NCBI GenBank assembly: GCA_038213805.1
Contig: JBBQSO010000003.1
Coordinates: 63,648 to 127,647, forward strand
DNA: 64,000 nucleotides
From: Planctomycetota bacterium
GTDB taxonomy: Bacteria; Planctomycetota; UBA11346
Direction: 5' to 3'
Shown: positions 56,201-64,000 of the stretch, one piece after another
Layout: each line of letters opens with the position of its first letter
Numbering within the stretch: the stretch's first letter is position 1
Notes under the pieces: model-generated
Told to the model about the DNA's origin: nothing
The model's input: only the letters and a program-made list of their open reading frames with translations
The model's database searches: none
Translations under genes and position numbers: made by a program

Positions 56201-58664
56201 GCTTGGCCGCGACCCGGCTCCAACCCAGTCCGGCGACTGCGAAGCGCCACGGCATGCGCGGCAGCGCCACGCTGGTCAGCTGCTCGCTCGCCGCCAGCAG
56301 GATCGGGGCGGACCGCGCGTGATCTTCGACCGAGAAGTCCGCGAGCAGGTCGTCGGCGATTGGGACGAGCTGCTCTTGCGGGATGGTGCGGGGCGCGCTC
56401 CAGACGTAGAGCTGGTAGGTGAAGCCGTGCGAGGCGAGCGCGGTCAGGTCGTAGATCAGGTCGACGCCGCCGCCGTGCGTGCGCACCCGTGCACGGCGCG
56501 CAGGCAGCCCGTCGACACGAACGTCACCCTGCCAGAGCACCACCAGCGCCGGGTCGTTTCCGCGCAGGTGTTCAAGCATGCTCTCGAGCAGGTTTGCGGG
56601 GACCTGGTCGTCGTCACGCGACAGCTGGTCGGTGACCACGCTGCAGCCGACCTGATCGTCCTTACGCATCCAGATCCGGCGCGCGGGGGTGGTGTCCTTG
56701 TCGACGAACGGGCGCCAGTCGCCGCCGGGCAGACAGCCGCTGTAGTTGAAGTCCGCGCTGGCGAAAAGTTGCCGGTGGCCGCTGGCGCGGCGGTAGTCGC
56801 GCAGGATGGTGGCCCAATCGGTGGGGCCCGCGCGCCCGCCGCGCGCCGCCAGCCGCCCGGCGGTCTCCCACAGGGGCCGAGCGAGGTCGACCGACCCGCT
56901 CGCGACATGTCCATCACGGCACAGCCACAACATCCGCTTATGGAGGTAGCGCGGCGAGGTGATCGCCAGCGGCTGGTCGGGGGCCGCATCTGCCGCGGGT
57001 GGCACATAGCGCAGCCACGGCTCGCCGGCGAGGCGATGTCCGCCCACCGGTGCGGTGGCGAGGGCGGGGCAGGCGTCTGACCAGGCACCGCCCGGCGCCC
57101 CCGCGAGCGCGGCGACGGCGAGGAGACCCTGCCGCGCCCGGTCCTCGTACCAGGCGTCGACGGCGTGGTCGGTTTCGACGGTCCCGATGACGGCTGCGGC
57201 GAAGGGCAGCACCGCCGCGATCGCGGCCCCCTCGCCGTCCAGGCTGGTACCGCTCCCGACGCAGTGCAGCACCGCCTGGACCGGTAGGGGCCGATCGATC
57301 AAGGCCGCGATCACGTCACGCACGGCCCCGATCCGCTCGCGCACCGCGGGAGTCTGCGGATGCCCTTGCGTCGCGCTGGCCTGCAGCAGCGCGCAATAGC
57401 GGAGCATGGCCGGGGCGAGGGCGGCGACATCGAGCGCTATGACCCCCGCAGCGCCCAGCCCGGCGCTCAGCCCTGGCAGGGGCGCCGTGGCCGCCGGCGC
57501 CGGCGCGTCGACGAGTTGCAGCGCGGTGGCGATGCGCCAGTGCGCTGCGTCACGATGCAGCCACAGCGTGGACGGCCACGCCACCGGCAGGACCATGAGC
57601 GCCGGCGCACGGTGCGGCGCATCAGGATCGATCCCGCCCAGGGCGCAGACGCCGGTCAGCAGACGGTCCCACCCGGGCGTGGCCGGCGTGCTCACGATCA
57701 GGTCCGGGAAGGGCGTACCGGGCACAGACGCAACAACCACCGCGCCGTCGAGCCCGCCGACCAGCTCGTCGATGGGGCCGAAATGCTGCGCGCCGCGCAG
57801 GGCGTAGAGCGCGAGCGCGTCTTCGACCTCGGGCACGCGGCGCAGGTCGTGCAGCAGGGCGCTCAGGCGCCGGCCATCACAAGCGAAGGCCATGGCCGCC
57901 CAGGCCTGCGCGGGCAGGTCGGCAAGGTCGGCGGCGGCGAGCGTGGCGCATGGCGCGCGCCAGCCAGGCGCCATCAGCCGGTCTTGGCAGCCAGCGGTGG
58001 TGAAGGTCAGTTCGTAGTCGAGGCGGGTCAGACCACAGGCGGTGAAGAACGCGGCACTTTGTGGTTCGTCACCGAGAGCGGCGATGCGGGCGGGTTCCAG
58101 GTGCGCCCATACGTCGGGAGCGGGCAAGGCGACCGCCGGGGGCAGGCAGTCCGGCACGGCGCCGCCGCGCAAGAACGTGAAGACCGGACCTCGCCAGGCC
58201 AGCGACCAGGTCAGGTCCGGCGCGATGCCGAGCGTACCCGGCCAGGCACCGCCGGCCAAGGACCGCCACCGCGGGTCCACCCCGGGTTGCGCGACCTCGC
58301 CATTCCACATCCACGAGCCATCGGCGGTCGGTGAGCCGGCCACGCGCGCGTGGGTGAAATCGCCAAGGACAGGCGACAGACCGCCCCACGGCCAAGCGAA
58401 ACCTGGCTTGGTGAGGCGCGCACGCAGGCCGGCGAGGGTCGGGTGGGCCCACCAGGTGGCGAAGGCGCTGGCCTGCCAGTGGGTGCGCAGCGCTGCAGCG
58501 TCGCTGCAGGCCGCCTGGAACGGCGCGCCGTCATCGACCGTCGCCGCCTGGACGGATGGGGGAATGACCACGGCGGAAACCAGCGTCAGCAGCAAGCGAC
58601 GCACGCGTGTCGATAGCGGGGCGCGAGCGGAACGGCGTACTGATAGCGGGCGTTTCCAACTCAT
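53211..58664 (-). CDS. Large exported multidomain protein: unknown N-terminal modules + TPR + DUF3857-like + transglutaminase-like domain
   Basis: GDCKDQAVLL, FNHMVV and LLDPT triad motifs; LHLP-type PGLRPGCVID motif; TPR helices. A signal-like segment suggests GTG 58604 as an alternative start. Confidence 0.82.
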   Translation of the reverse strand: MSWKRPLSVRRSARAPLSTRVRRLLLTLVSAVVIPPSVQAATVDDGAPFQAACSDAAALRTHWQASAFATWWAHPTLAGLRARLTKPGFAWPWGGLSPVLGDFTHARVAGSPTADGSWMWNGEVAQPGVDPRWRSLAGGAWPGTLGIAPDLTWSLAWRGPVFTFLRGGAVPDCLPPAVALPAPDVWAHLEPARIAALGDEPQSAAFFTACGLTRLDYELTFTTAGCQDRLMAPGWRAPCATLAAADLADLPAQAWAAMAFACDGRRLSALLHDLRRVPEVEDALALYALRGAQHFGPIDELVGGLDGAVVVASVPGTPFPDLIVSTPATPGWDRLLTGVCALGGIDPDAPHRAPALMVLPVAWPSTLWLHRDAAHWRIATALQLVDAPAPAATAPLPGLSAGLGAAGVIALDVAALAPAMLRYCALLQASATQGHPQTPAVRERIGAVRDVIAALIDRPLPVQAVLHCVGSGTSLDGEGAAIAAVLPFAAAVIGTVETDHAVDAWYEDRARQGLLAVAALAGAPGGAWSDACPALATAPVGGHRLAGEPWLRYVPPAADAAPDQPLAITSPRYLHKRMLWLCRDGHVASGSVDLARPLWETAGRLAARGGRAGPTDWATILRDYRRASGHRQLFASADFNYSGCLPGGDWRPFVDKDTTPARRIWMRKDDQVGCSVVTDQLSRDDDQVPANLLESMLEHLRGNDPALVVLWQGDVRVDGLPARRARVRTHGGGVDLIYDLTALASHGFTYQLYVWSAPRTIPQEQLVPIADDLLADFSVEDHARSAPILLAASEQLTSVALPRMPWRFAVAGLGWSRVAAKPDDNAAIESKFVHHATGTFAFVASAALVGQPSDQALAAGLLDLVHVDYAAGAVRDERRIALPAGRGLAMRYTFTDKDGKADCRAWTMIVGGRALVVVCATPAGTDADAIGDALLASLGPDEAARPQPPASDPACDRAFAAAVGRYYKTKKRFVDALPWLRATLPASGAEAVELEIEVLTCYVRLERWREGLDWFTAQVGSSDDLALASYQPFLLEQLGEHAQAAALYRPLFAAGWKDADDFAQYVTALRAAGGATAGEAAFAEFPALATSLAGAQLHARLLREDGQDDAAVAELRAATGRAARDAAAAAALADLELDLERPAAAREDLAQAVVRLPRSARLRHLLGVADYRLDRFHEAADEFRKELELDPTAKSAREFLEAIDRQLGKGDTSRLATPIAAVPGIAEEAVPALAGHPPGGAYLLRAAALSWTPEQGFHHSERRVVAITDRAACESWSTINLYFDPALEDFFVNRLTVRDEQGRILAEGRRDDWYVADEQDGPIAGTAKVAHLPVPGLRPGCVIDLLTTRARPTGDGTPPFTLVRLAGPHPTQRAVVTVTASAGALELVTGGGLQQVAGAPGSTRVEAQDLPATLWEPLVPEDPSDLPVVWVGPHSGTWATLAGVYLAELAPFLGDDAALTAIARAQVAGVEGVAGRIRVLADYVQRTVAYSALEFGRRGRIPQPASRTLERRLGDCKDQAVLLQRLLAAAGVTAHLALVPGGHLIDGLPDLDQFNHMVVVAEQDGRMRLLDPTAKQLDLELVPPHEADRPLLLLDARAPRVITAPPAGEDRIAVMRTIAIAADGALSGSEDVDLSGYTAAHWRSECAGQDDSARCRRLQDALGAGLILDRLTVAGLDDVHQPLHLHLEYRLRDGLQHVAGRLAGRIPDVWCGYRWAWAAQQSGERQRPFARSCAMVVTVTTTCRSATGVPQLRAQVPADDDGVMAFSEKLAPGAQPVLRQSFTLSRGTAPPAAYRTWCQRLDVLLHRAALEVEITSP

Positions 58665-58733
58665 GTCCGCTCATCCTGCCCGCGGCCCCGCTGCGACAAG
58701 CCCGGGATGCACCTGCGCGCGCCGTCCCACGGT

Positions 58734-59828
58734 TCAGCCGAAAATCGTCTGCTGCACCCCCCACGGACTGCGGAATGCCGCGGTGTTCAGTGCTGGCCAG
58801 TGCTCGGCCAGGCCGGCGCGGCGGCGGGCCACGGAGAAGAGGTCGGCGATCTGCTGGGCGAACACCCCGGCGCCGCTCATGCGCGTGGCGAAGTCGGCGT
58901 CGTAGAGACCGCCGCCGCGCATGGCGCGCAGGCGGTTCAGGATCTTGTCCTTGGCGAGCGGCTGGTGGTCGCCGAGCCAGGTCTCGAACAGCGCTTTCAC
59001 GCCATGCGGAAGGCGCAGCAGGGTGTAGCCGGCATGACCGGCCCCGGCCGCCGCCGCGGCCGCGAGTATGGCGGGGATCTCGTGGTCGGTAAGGCCGGGG
59101 ATGACCGGCGCGACGTTGACGCCGACCGGGATGCCGGCCTCGGTCAGGGTGCGGATCGCGGCCAAGCGCGCGGCGGGCGACGAGGCGCGCGGCTCAAGGG
59201 TGCGCGCGAGGTCCGGCCGCAGAGTGGTCACGGTGATGGTGACCAGGGCGGCGCCGTCGGCGGCGAGCCGCGCGAGCACGTCGCGGTCGCGCGTGACGAG
59301 ATGGTTCTTGGTGATGATGCCGACCGGGTTGCGGAACTCGGCGAGCACTTCGAGGCAGGCGCGCGTCAGGCGCAGGTCACGTTCGATCGGCTGGTAGCAG
59401 TCGGTGACGCCGCTCGCCGCGATGGTGCGCGGGCGCCAGCCGGGGGCCGCCAGCGCGGCGCGCAGCAGCGCCGGGGCGCGCCGCTTGACCAGGATGCGTG
59501 TCTCGAAGTCGAGCCCCGCCGACATCCCGAGGTATTCGTGGGTGGGTCGCGCATAGCAGTAGACGCAGCCGTGCTCGCAGCCGCGGTAGGGATTGATGCT
59601 GGTGTCGAAGCCGATGTCGGGGCTGTCGTTGTGCGCCAGGATGCCCTGGGTGTCATCGTCAAGCAGCACGGTCTCTGGCGCCGGGTCCTGGGCATGATCC
59701 CATTCCGGATCGGGTTGGTGATGCGTGGCCTCGAAACGGTTGCCGGGATTGTCGGAGACACCCCGCCCGCGATGCGCAGCTCGTGAGAGCAGCGGCTGGG
59801 GCTCGGGTTCACCGTCGTCGTGGTCCAT
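58734..59828 (-). CDS. PA0069/Rv2578c-family radical SAM protein (SplB-like)
   Basis: INPYRGCEHGCVYCYARP, TDCYQPIE, ITKN.LV.RD, LEPRA, AP.IPGL.D. Start set at ATG 59828. Confidence 0.93.
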   Translation of the reverse strand: MDHDDGEPEPQPLLSRAAHRGRGVSDNPGNRFEATHHQPDPEWDHAQDPAPETVLLDDDTQGILAHNDSPDIGFDTSINPYRGCEHGCVYCYARPTHEYLGMSAGLDFETRILVKRRAPALLRAALAAPGWRPRTIAASGVTDCYQPIERDLRLTRACLEVLAEFRNPVGIITKNHLVTRDRDVLARLAADGAALVTITVTTLRPDLARTLEPRASSPAARLAAIRTLTEAGIPVGVNVAPVIPGLTDHEIPAILAAAAAAGAGHAGYTLLRLPHGVKALFETWLGDHQPLAKDKILNRLRAMRGGGLYDADFATRMSGAGVFAQQIADLFSVARRRAGLAEHWPALNTAAFRSPWGVQQTIFG

Positions 59829-59836
59829 GCCGATCG

Positions 59837-59875
59837 ATCGTGATCCATCACTGAGATGGGTCAATTAAAACCCAT
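59837..59875 (-). promoter_or_regulatory. Putative promoter with two overlapping palindromes
   Basis: Minus strand TTGACC-N16-CACGAT-N8-ATG. Palindromes CCATC-N5-GATGG (59845-59859) and ATGGGT-N8-ACCCAT (59856-59875). Confidence 0.45.
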
Positions 59876-59912
59876 GACTTCATGGACGGCACCCACGTAG
59901 CCAGCGGCACAC

Positions 59913-61103
59913 CTACGCTCCAGCTTCGCCACCCTTGCGCATCCGCCGCTGCAACATGCTCAGGAAGACGTTGTCCGGATTCGTGGTGTTGCCCGCCAGC
60001 AGCGAGATGATCCCCCGGTAGACTCCGACCTCACGCGTTTCAGAGAAGAACAGATTGTCGATGAAGTGGCCGTCGTACCACAAGCGGATGAAGCCGATGA
60101 AGGTGGCGAGATCGTGGTCGGTCTGGGCCCGCCAGCTCGCGAGATCGACGTCCGCGCCGTGCTCAGCAAGCCGCTTGCCCAGGTGCCACCCCGCGCGCGT
60201 GGCGAGCAGCACGCCCGACGAGAAGATCGGATCGGCGAAGCCGCCGGCGTCACCGATCAGCGCCCAGCGCCGGCCGACGCGCTGACGGACACGGTAGCTG
60301 ATGTTGGGCGTGGCCCGCACCGGTTCCGGCACCTGACCGGCGAGGCGCGCGCCATATTCGGGGAAGTGCACGAGGTTGTTGCGGAAGACCTCCGCGGGCG
60401 AGCCGCCCTTGATCACCGCGTCACGCTTGAGGACCATGCCCACCGACCATTTCGCGTCGGGTGCAAGCGGAATCGCCCACGCCCAGCCGGCCTCGCCCTT
60501 GGCGATCGAGATGTCACCGCGCTCTGCGCCCGGTGCGAGCGGGATGGCGCCGACATGGCCGTAGACCGCGGCGCGCATCAGGTCGCCCTCGCGATCGACC
60601 AGACCGAGCTGCCGCCCGAGCAGGGTCTCGCGCCCTGAGGCGTCGATGACGAAATCGACGGCGGTCGCGCCGTGGTCGTGGTGGATGACCGGCTGGCCCC
60701 CTTCGGGCAGGTCGACGCGCTGCACGCGCACCGGACAATGCAGCTGCGCACCCGAGGCCACCGCGTGCTGCAATAGCATGTGGTCGAAGCGTGCACGTTC
60801 GACCTGGTGGATCCCGGGCGGGTCGCCGGGCAGCCCGTCAGCGAACGGGAAGCGGCAGGTACGCCCAGTGCCGGCCTGCTCGAAATGCGCGGCGAGCTTC
60901 GGTGTGTAGCCGTGGGCCGCGAGGATGTCGCGGCCCAGACCGAGATCCTCGTAGATGGGCAGGTTGCAGGGCAGCAGGCTTTCGCCGATGTGGAAGCGTG
61001 GGAAGACCTCGGCCTCCCACATCTCGACCTGGTACCCGGCGCGCGCCAGGGTCGCCGCCGCCACCGACCCGCCCGGTCCGCCACCGATGATGCCGATGCG
61101 CAT
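59913..61103 (-). CDS. FAD-dependent halogenase-family oxidoreductase
   Basis: GGGPGG, FPRFHIGESLLP, GY.PK, WAWAIP (WxWxIP), GDAGGFADPIFSSGV. Confidence 0.88.
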   Translation of the reverse strand: MRIGIIGGGPGGSVAAATLARAGYQVEMWEAEVFPRFHIGESLLPCNLPIYEDLGLGRDILAAHGYTPKLAAHFEQAGTGRTCRFPFADGLPGDPPGIHQVERARFDHMLLQHAVASGAQLHCPVRVQRVDLPEGGQPVIHHDHGATAVDFVIDASGRETLLGRQLGLVDREGDLMRAAVYGHVGAIPLAPGAERGDISIAKGEAGWAWAIPLAPDAKWSVGMVLKRDAVIKGGSPAEVFRNNLVHFPEYGARLAGQVPEPVRATPNISYRVRQRVGRRWALIGDAGGFADPIFSSGVLLATRAGWHLGKRLAEHGADVDLASWRAQTDHDLATFIGFIRLWYDGHFIDNLFFSETREVGVYRGIISLLAGNTTNPDNVFLSMLQRRMRKGGEAGA

Positions 61104-61383
61104 GCCGCCTCCGCACGGGGACTGTGCTGGCGCGCGTCAGGAGGCGCAAGGGGTGGCGGGGTGATGGCGAGACAACGCTTCGCCATACGGGAGCGGTCAT
61201 CTCCGGGAGCCACATGATGCTTCCTGGCCAGGATCCAACCGCCGACAGCCCACGGCGATCAGTCCGCCCCACCGCCACGACACCTCACCCTCCCACGGCA
61301 AATGCCGCATCAAATGCCGCAAAACCGTGTGGCACTCGGGCGTTTTGACGCTAGGCTTCCCCGAAACCGTTCCGGAGTCCCTC

Positions 61384-61617
61384 ATGAAGCCCGTCCACAC
61401 CGTCGCCCCGTTCTACGAATCCTTGCGCGCGGAACTGCTGAGCTGGGGCACCAAGGGCAGCATCAAGACCCCGGAAGCCTGCATCGAGCGGCTGAAGCAG
61501 TGGAAGCGCGAGACCGTTCCCGGTCCGCTGCTGACCCGCATCAGCGTCGAGGTGCGGGGCAACCGCGTGCGTGCGCTGTTGGCGATGGCGCCGCCGATCA
61601 CCGACGAGACGCTCTAA
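61384..61617 (+). CDS. Small hypothetical protein (77 aa)
   Basis: ATG 61384 after GGAG; GC3-rich codons; TAGGCT -10-like element upstream. Confidence 0.62.
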   Translation: MKPVHTVAPFYESLRAELLSWGTKGSIKTPEACIERLKQWKRETVPGPLLTRISVEVRGNRVRALLAMAPPITDETL

Positions 61618-61685
61618 ACGAGGCAGTCACTGGCGTGCGCTGCGCGCCGCCGACGTGCAGTCGTGGAAGGTTGTGACAGCGCCTT

Positions 61686-62642
61686 TCAGACCCAATACGC
61701 GAAGAAATTATGCCACTGCTGTGGGTGCTGGCGGACCTCCAGCTCCAGGCGGCGTGCCCAGCGTTGCACGATCACGCCCAGGGCGGCGTCGCGGGCGCGA
61801 CCGCGGGCGGGCAGGGTGATCGTCCAGGGCGCGTCGACGCGCATCTCGTAGCGGTCGAGGGCGGTCTTGACCATGAAGCTGGTGATGATCGGCGCACCGG
61901 TCAGCGCCGCGGCAAGGAAGGGGCCGATGGGCATGCGCACGGTGCCGCCCAGGAAGCGCACCGGCACCGATGGCTGGTGTTCGGCGACACGGTCGCCGTG
62001 CATGCACACCAGTCCACCCGCCGCGAGGGCGGCGCGGATGGCGAGCGCCGCGCCGATGCCATCGCGAGAGTCGATGATGCGCACGTGCGCACCGCGCAGC
62101 AGGCGATCGAGATAAGCCTGGACCTCGGCGTCCTCCTGGCGCGCCATCACCAGATGCAGGCTGCCGGTCTCGGGCGACAGCCTGCGCAGGTAGTAGCTGC
62201 ACAGTTCCCAATTGCCGAAGTGCGCGGACAGCAGGATGCAGCCGCGGCCCTGGGCGCGCAGCGCACGCAGGCCTTCGCCTCCGCATTGCACCAAGGTGAA
62301 GCGGCCCGGCCGCCACGCGACCATCAGGCGGTCGCCAAGGATGCGCCCGAAGCTGGCGAGCTGGCGCCACACCGACAGCACCAGCGCGCCGGTGCCGGCG
62401 CGCGGACGCAGGCGCCGCCAGTAGTCGAGCTGGTGGAAGCAGGTGCGCCCGCCGATGAGCAGGAAGGCCAGGCCCGCCAGGTACGAGAACGCCCAGGCGC
62501 CGCGCACGCCCATCAGCGGCAGCAGGCGCGAACCCATACGGAAGAGCAGCAGGCCACCCAGGCTGCGGCCGCTCCAACGGCTGGCGCTGCTGGCGCGGAC
62601 CGTCGCGACGGCAGGCGCGACAATGAGTGGCGCGGGCGGCAT
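61686..62642 (-). CDS. LpxL-like lysophospholipid acyltransferase (aryl-polyene cluster type)
   Basis: ILLSAHFGNWE, MHGDR, FLG....P.GPF..A, PQQWHNFF..W. Start set at ATG 62642. Confidence 0.87.
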   Translation of the reverse strand: MPPAPLIVAPAVATVRASSASRWSGRSLGGLLLFRMGSRLLPLMGVRGAWAFSYLAGLAFLLIGGRTCFHQLDYWRRLRPRAGTGALVLSVWRQLASFGRILGDRLMVAWRPGRFTLVQCGGEGLRALRAQGRGCILLSAHFGNWELCSYYLRRLSPETGSLHLVMARQEDAEVQAYLDRLLRGAHVRIIDSRDGIGAALAIRAALAAGGLVCMHGDRVAEHQPSVPVRFLGGTVRMPIGPFLAAALTGAPIITSFMVKTALDRYEMRVDAPWTITLPARGRARDAALGVIVQRWARRLELEVRQHPQQWHNFFAYWV

Positions 62643-62728
62643 GGCGGGCAGGGTGGGTGGGCGCGCTGGCGGGGCAAGGCCAGGCCTGGACTTGAGCACC
62701 CCGTCCTGCGCCCAAGGATCAGCCAGCC

Positions 62729-63919
62729 ATGCCGGACCCCACCACCCGCCGCCCCGGCGCACCGCTCGCCATCACCGGCCTGGGCTGCATAGGCGCGCCG
62801 GGCCGCGGCCTTGCGGCGCAGCGCCACGCCCTGGCAGGGGGCATCTGCGGCCTCGCGGCTTGGTCGGACGGCCCCCTGCCGATCGCGCGCGGCATACCGG
62901 TCGGCCGCGTCATCGCCGCACTGCCGGCGGTCACTGGCCGTACCACCGCCCTGGCCCTGGCGGCGGGCGCCGACGCGCTCGCCGACGCCGGCCTGGAGCC
63001 GGCCCGGCGTGGCGAGGTGGCGCTGGTGCTTGGTACCTGCACGGGCGGGATGGCCGAGAGCGAGCGCGCCTGGCTGGCCGACGGCGGGGCCAGCGCGAAT
63101 CCCAGTTACCGCCGCCAGCAACCGCAGCGCAGCACCCAGGCGCTGGCACGCGCGCTGCACTTGGGCGGCGCGCAGAGCACGCACGCGGTGGCCTGCGCTT
63201 CGGCCGCGTGCGCGATCATTGAGGCCGTCATGCTGGTCCGCAGCGGCGTGTGCCCGGCGGCCCTGGCGATCGGCGCGGACGCGCTGACACGCGTCACCAC
63301 GGCCGGCTTCACCAGCCTGCAGCTGGTCGACCCGGCGGGCTGCCGGCCATTCCTCACCGAGCGCGCCGGCATGAGCCTGGGCGAAGGCGCCGGCGCGTTG
63401 CTGATCGAGGACGCGGCGCACGCGCGCGCCCGTGGTGCGCGCGTCCACGCCAGCCTGGTCGGCTGGGGCCTGCGCGCCGACGGCTACCACGCCACGCGAC
63501 CCGATCCGGGCGGCGTGCAGCTGCGCGGGGCGATCGCAGACAGCCTCGCCGATGCCGGGCTGGACGCTGCGGCGATCGGCTACGTCAACGCGCACGGCAC
63601 CGGCACGCGCGACAACGACGCCTGCGAGCAGACTGCGCTCGCGGCGCTCTTCGGCGCGGTGCCGACCGCCTCGGCCAAGCGCTGCTACGGGCACACCATG
63701 GGCGCGGCCGCGGCGATCGAGGCGGTGGCCTGCTGCCTGGCGCTGACGGAGCAGGCCTGCTGGATGAGCGCGGGCGCCGACCTGGGCACGGTGCTGGATG
63801 GCATCGAGGTGGTACGCGCCACGCGGCCCACGCGCCTCGACGCGGTGCTGTCCACCACCCTCGCCTTCGGCGGCGTCAACGCCGCGCTGGTCTTCGCCGG
63901 AGCCGAACGGTGCGCCTGA
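62729..63919 (+). CDS. Beta-ketoacyl-ACP synthase (Cys-His-His)
   Basis: VACASA, GEGAG, YVNAHGTGT, GHTMGAA, AFGG.N. Confidence 0.93.
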   Translation: MPDPTTRRPGAPLAITGLGCIGAPGRGLAAQRHALAGGICGLAAWSDGPLPIARGIPVGRVIAALPAVTGRTTALALAAGADALADAGLEPARRGEVALVLGTCTGGMAESERAWLADGGASANPSYRRQQPQRSTQALARALHLGGAQSTHAVACASAACAIIEAVMLVRSGVCPAALAIGADALTRVTTAGFTSLQLVDPAGCRPFLTERAGMSLGEGAGALLIEDAAHARARGARVHASLVGWGLRADGYHATRPDPGGVQLRGAIADSLADAGLDAAAIGYVNAHGTGTRDNDACEQTALAALFGAVPTASAKRCYGHTMGAAAAIEAVACCLALTEQACWMSAGADLGTVLDGIEVVRATRPTRLDAVLSTTLAFGGVNAALVFAGAERCA

Positions 63920-64000
63920 GCCGGTTCGCGTTCATCCCCGGCGAGAACACCGCGCCCTCGCCGTCGTGGGTGCCGGCGGGAACCAGGCGCCGGCTCGATC
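63910..64000 (+). CDS. Probable ketosynthase chain-length factor, 3'-truncated by window edge
   Basis: GTG 63910 overlaps the KS stop. Reads MRLSRFAFIPGENTAPSPSWVPAGTRRRLD; the P...RRRL pattern resembles CLF N-termini. Not in the ORF track. Confidence 0.55.
   Translation, partial: MRLSRFAFIPGENTAPSPSWVPAGTRRRLD

Noticed and set aside
61384..61617. Small ORF as the pathway's acyl carrier protein
   Set aside because: No DSL-type phosphopantetheine serine motif and not acidic.

Overview
High-GC bacterial chromosomal segment. The gene content (NPCBM/heme-c membrane dehydrogenase, ECF sigma with FecR/NPCBM anti-sigma, many orphan secreted proteins) suggests a PVC-superphylum organism, probably a planctomycete; this is inference. 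In order the window holds: a tripartite RND efflux operon; DUF1853; a complete ADP-heptose pathway (hldD-gmhB-gmhA-hldE) with a convergent GT9; mtnD; recG; a tandem pair of secreted paralogues; a NUDIX gene; a Wzm/Wzt surface-polysaccharide cluster; a PGI homologue; AmaP-like, purM, a second paralogue pair, a phosphodiesterase and asd; a large helical protein; and aryl-polyene/flexirubin-like lipid genes split into three blocks by an ECF module, an antiporter/gamma-carbonic anhydrase pair, a giant transglutaminase-like protein and a radical SAM gene. No rRNA, tRNA, CRISPR array or transposase was seen. The best leads are (1) a guanidine-III (ykkC-III)-like aptamer fused to an intrinsic terminator upstream of glycosyltransferase genes instead of a guanidine exporter, (2) an intact PGI homologue whose catalytic Glu is replaced by Val, (3) the dispersed, halogenase-containing polyene-like pathway with a fused two-domain dehydratase, and (4) octamer arrays forming inverted pairs that give two unrelated proteins the same C-terminal peptide. 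All family calls come from motif recognition by eye; no searches were run.
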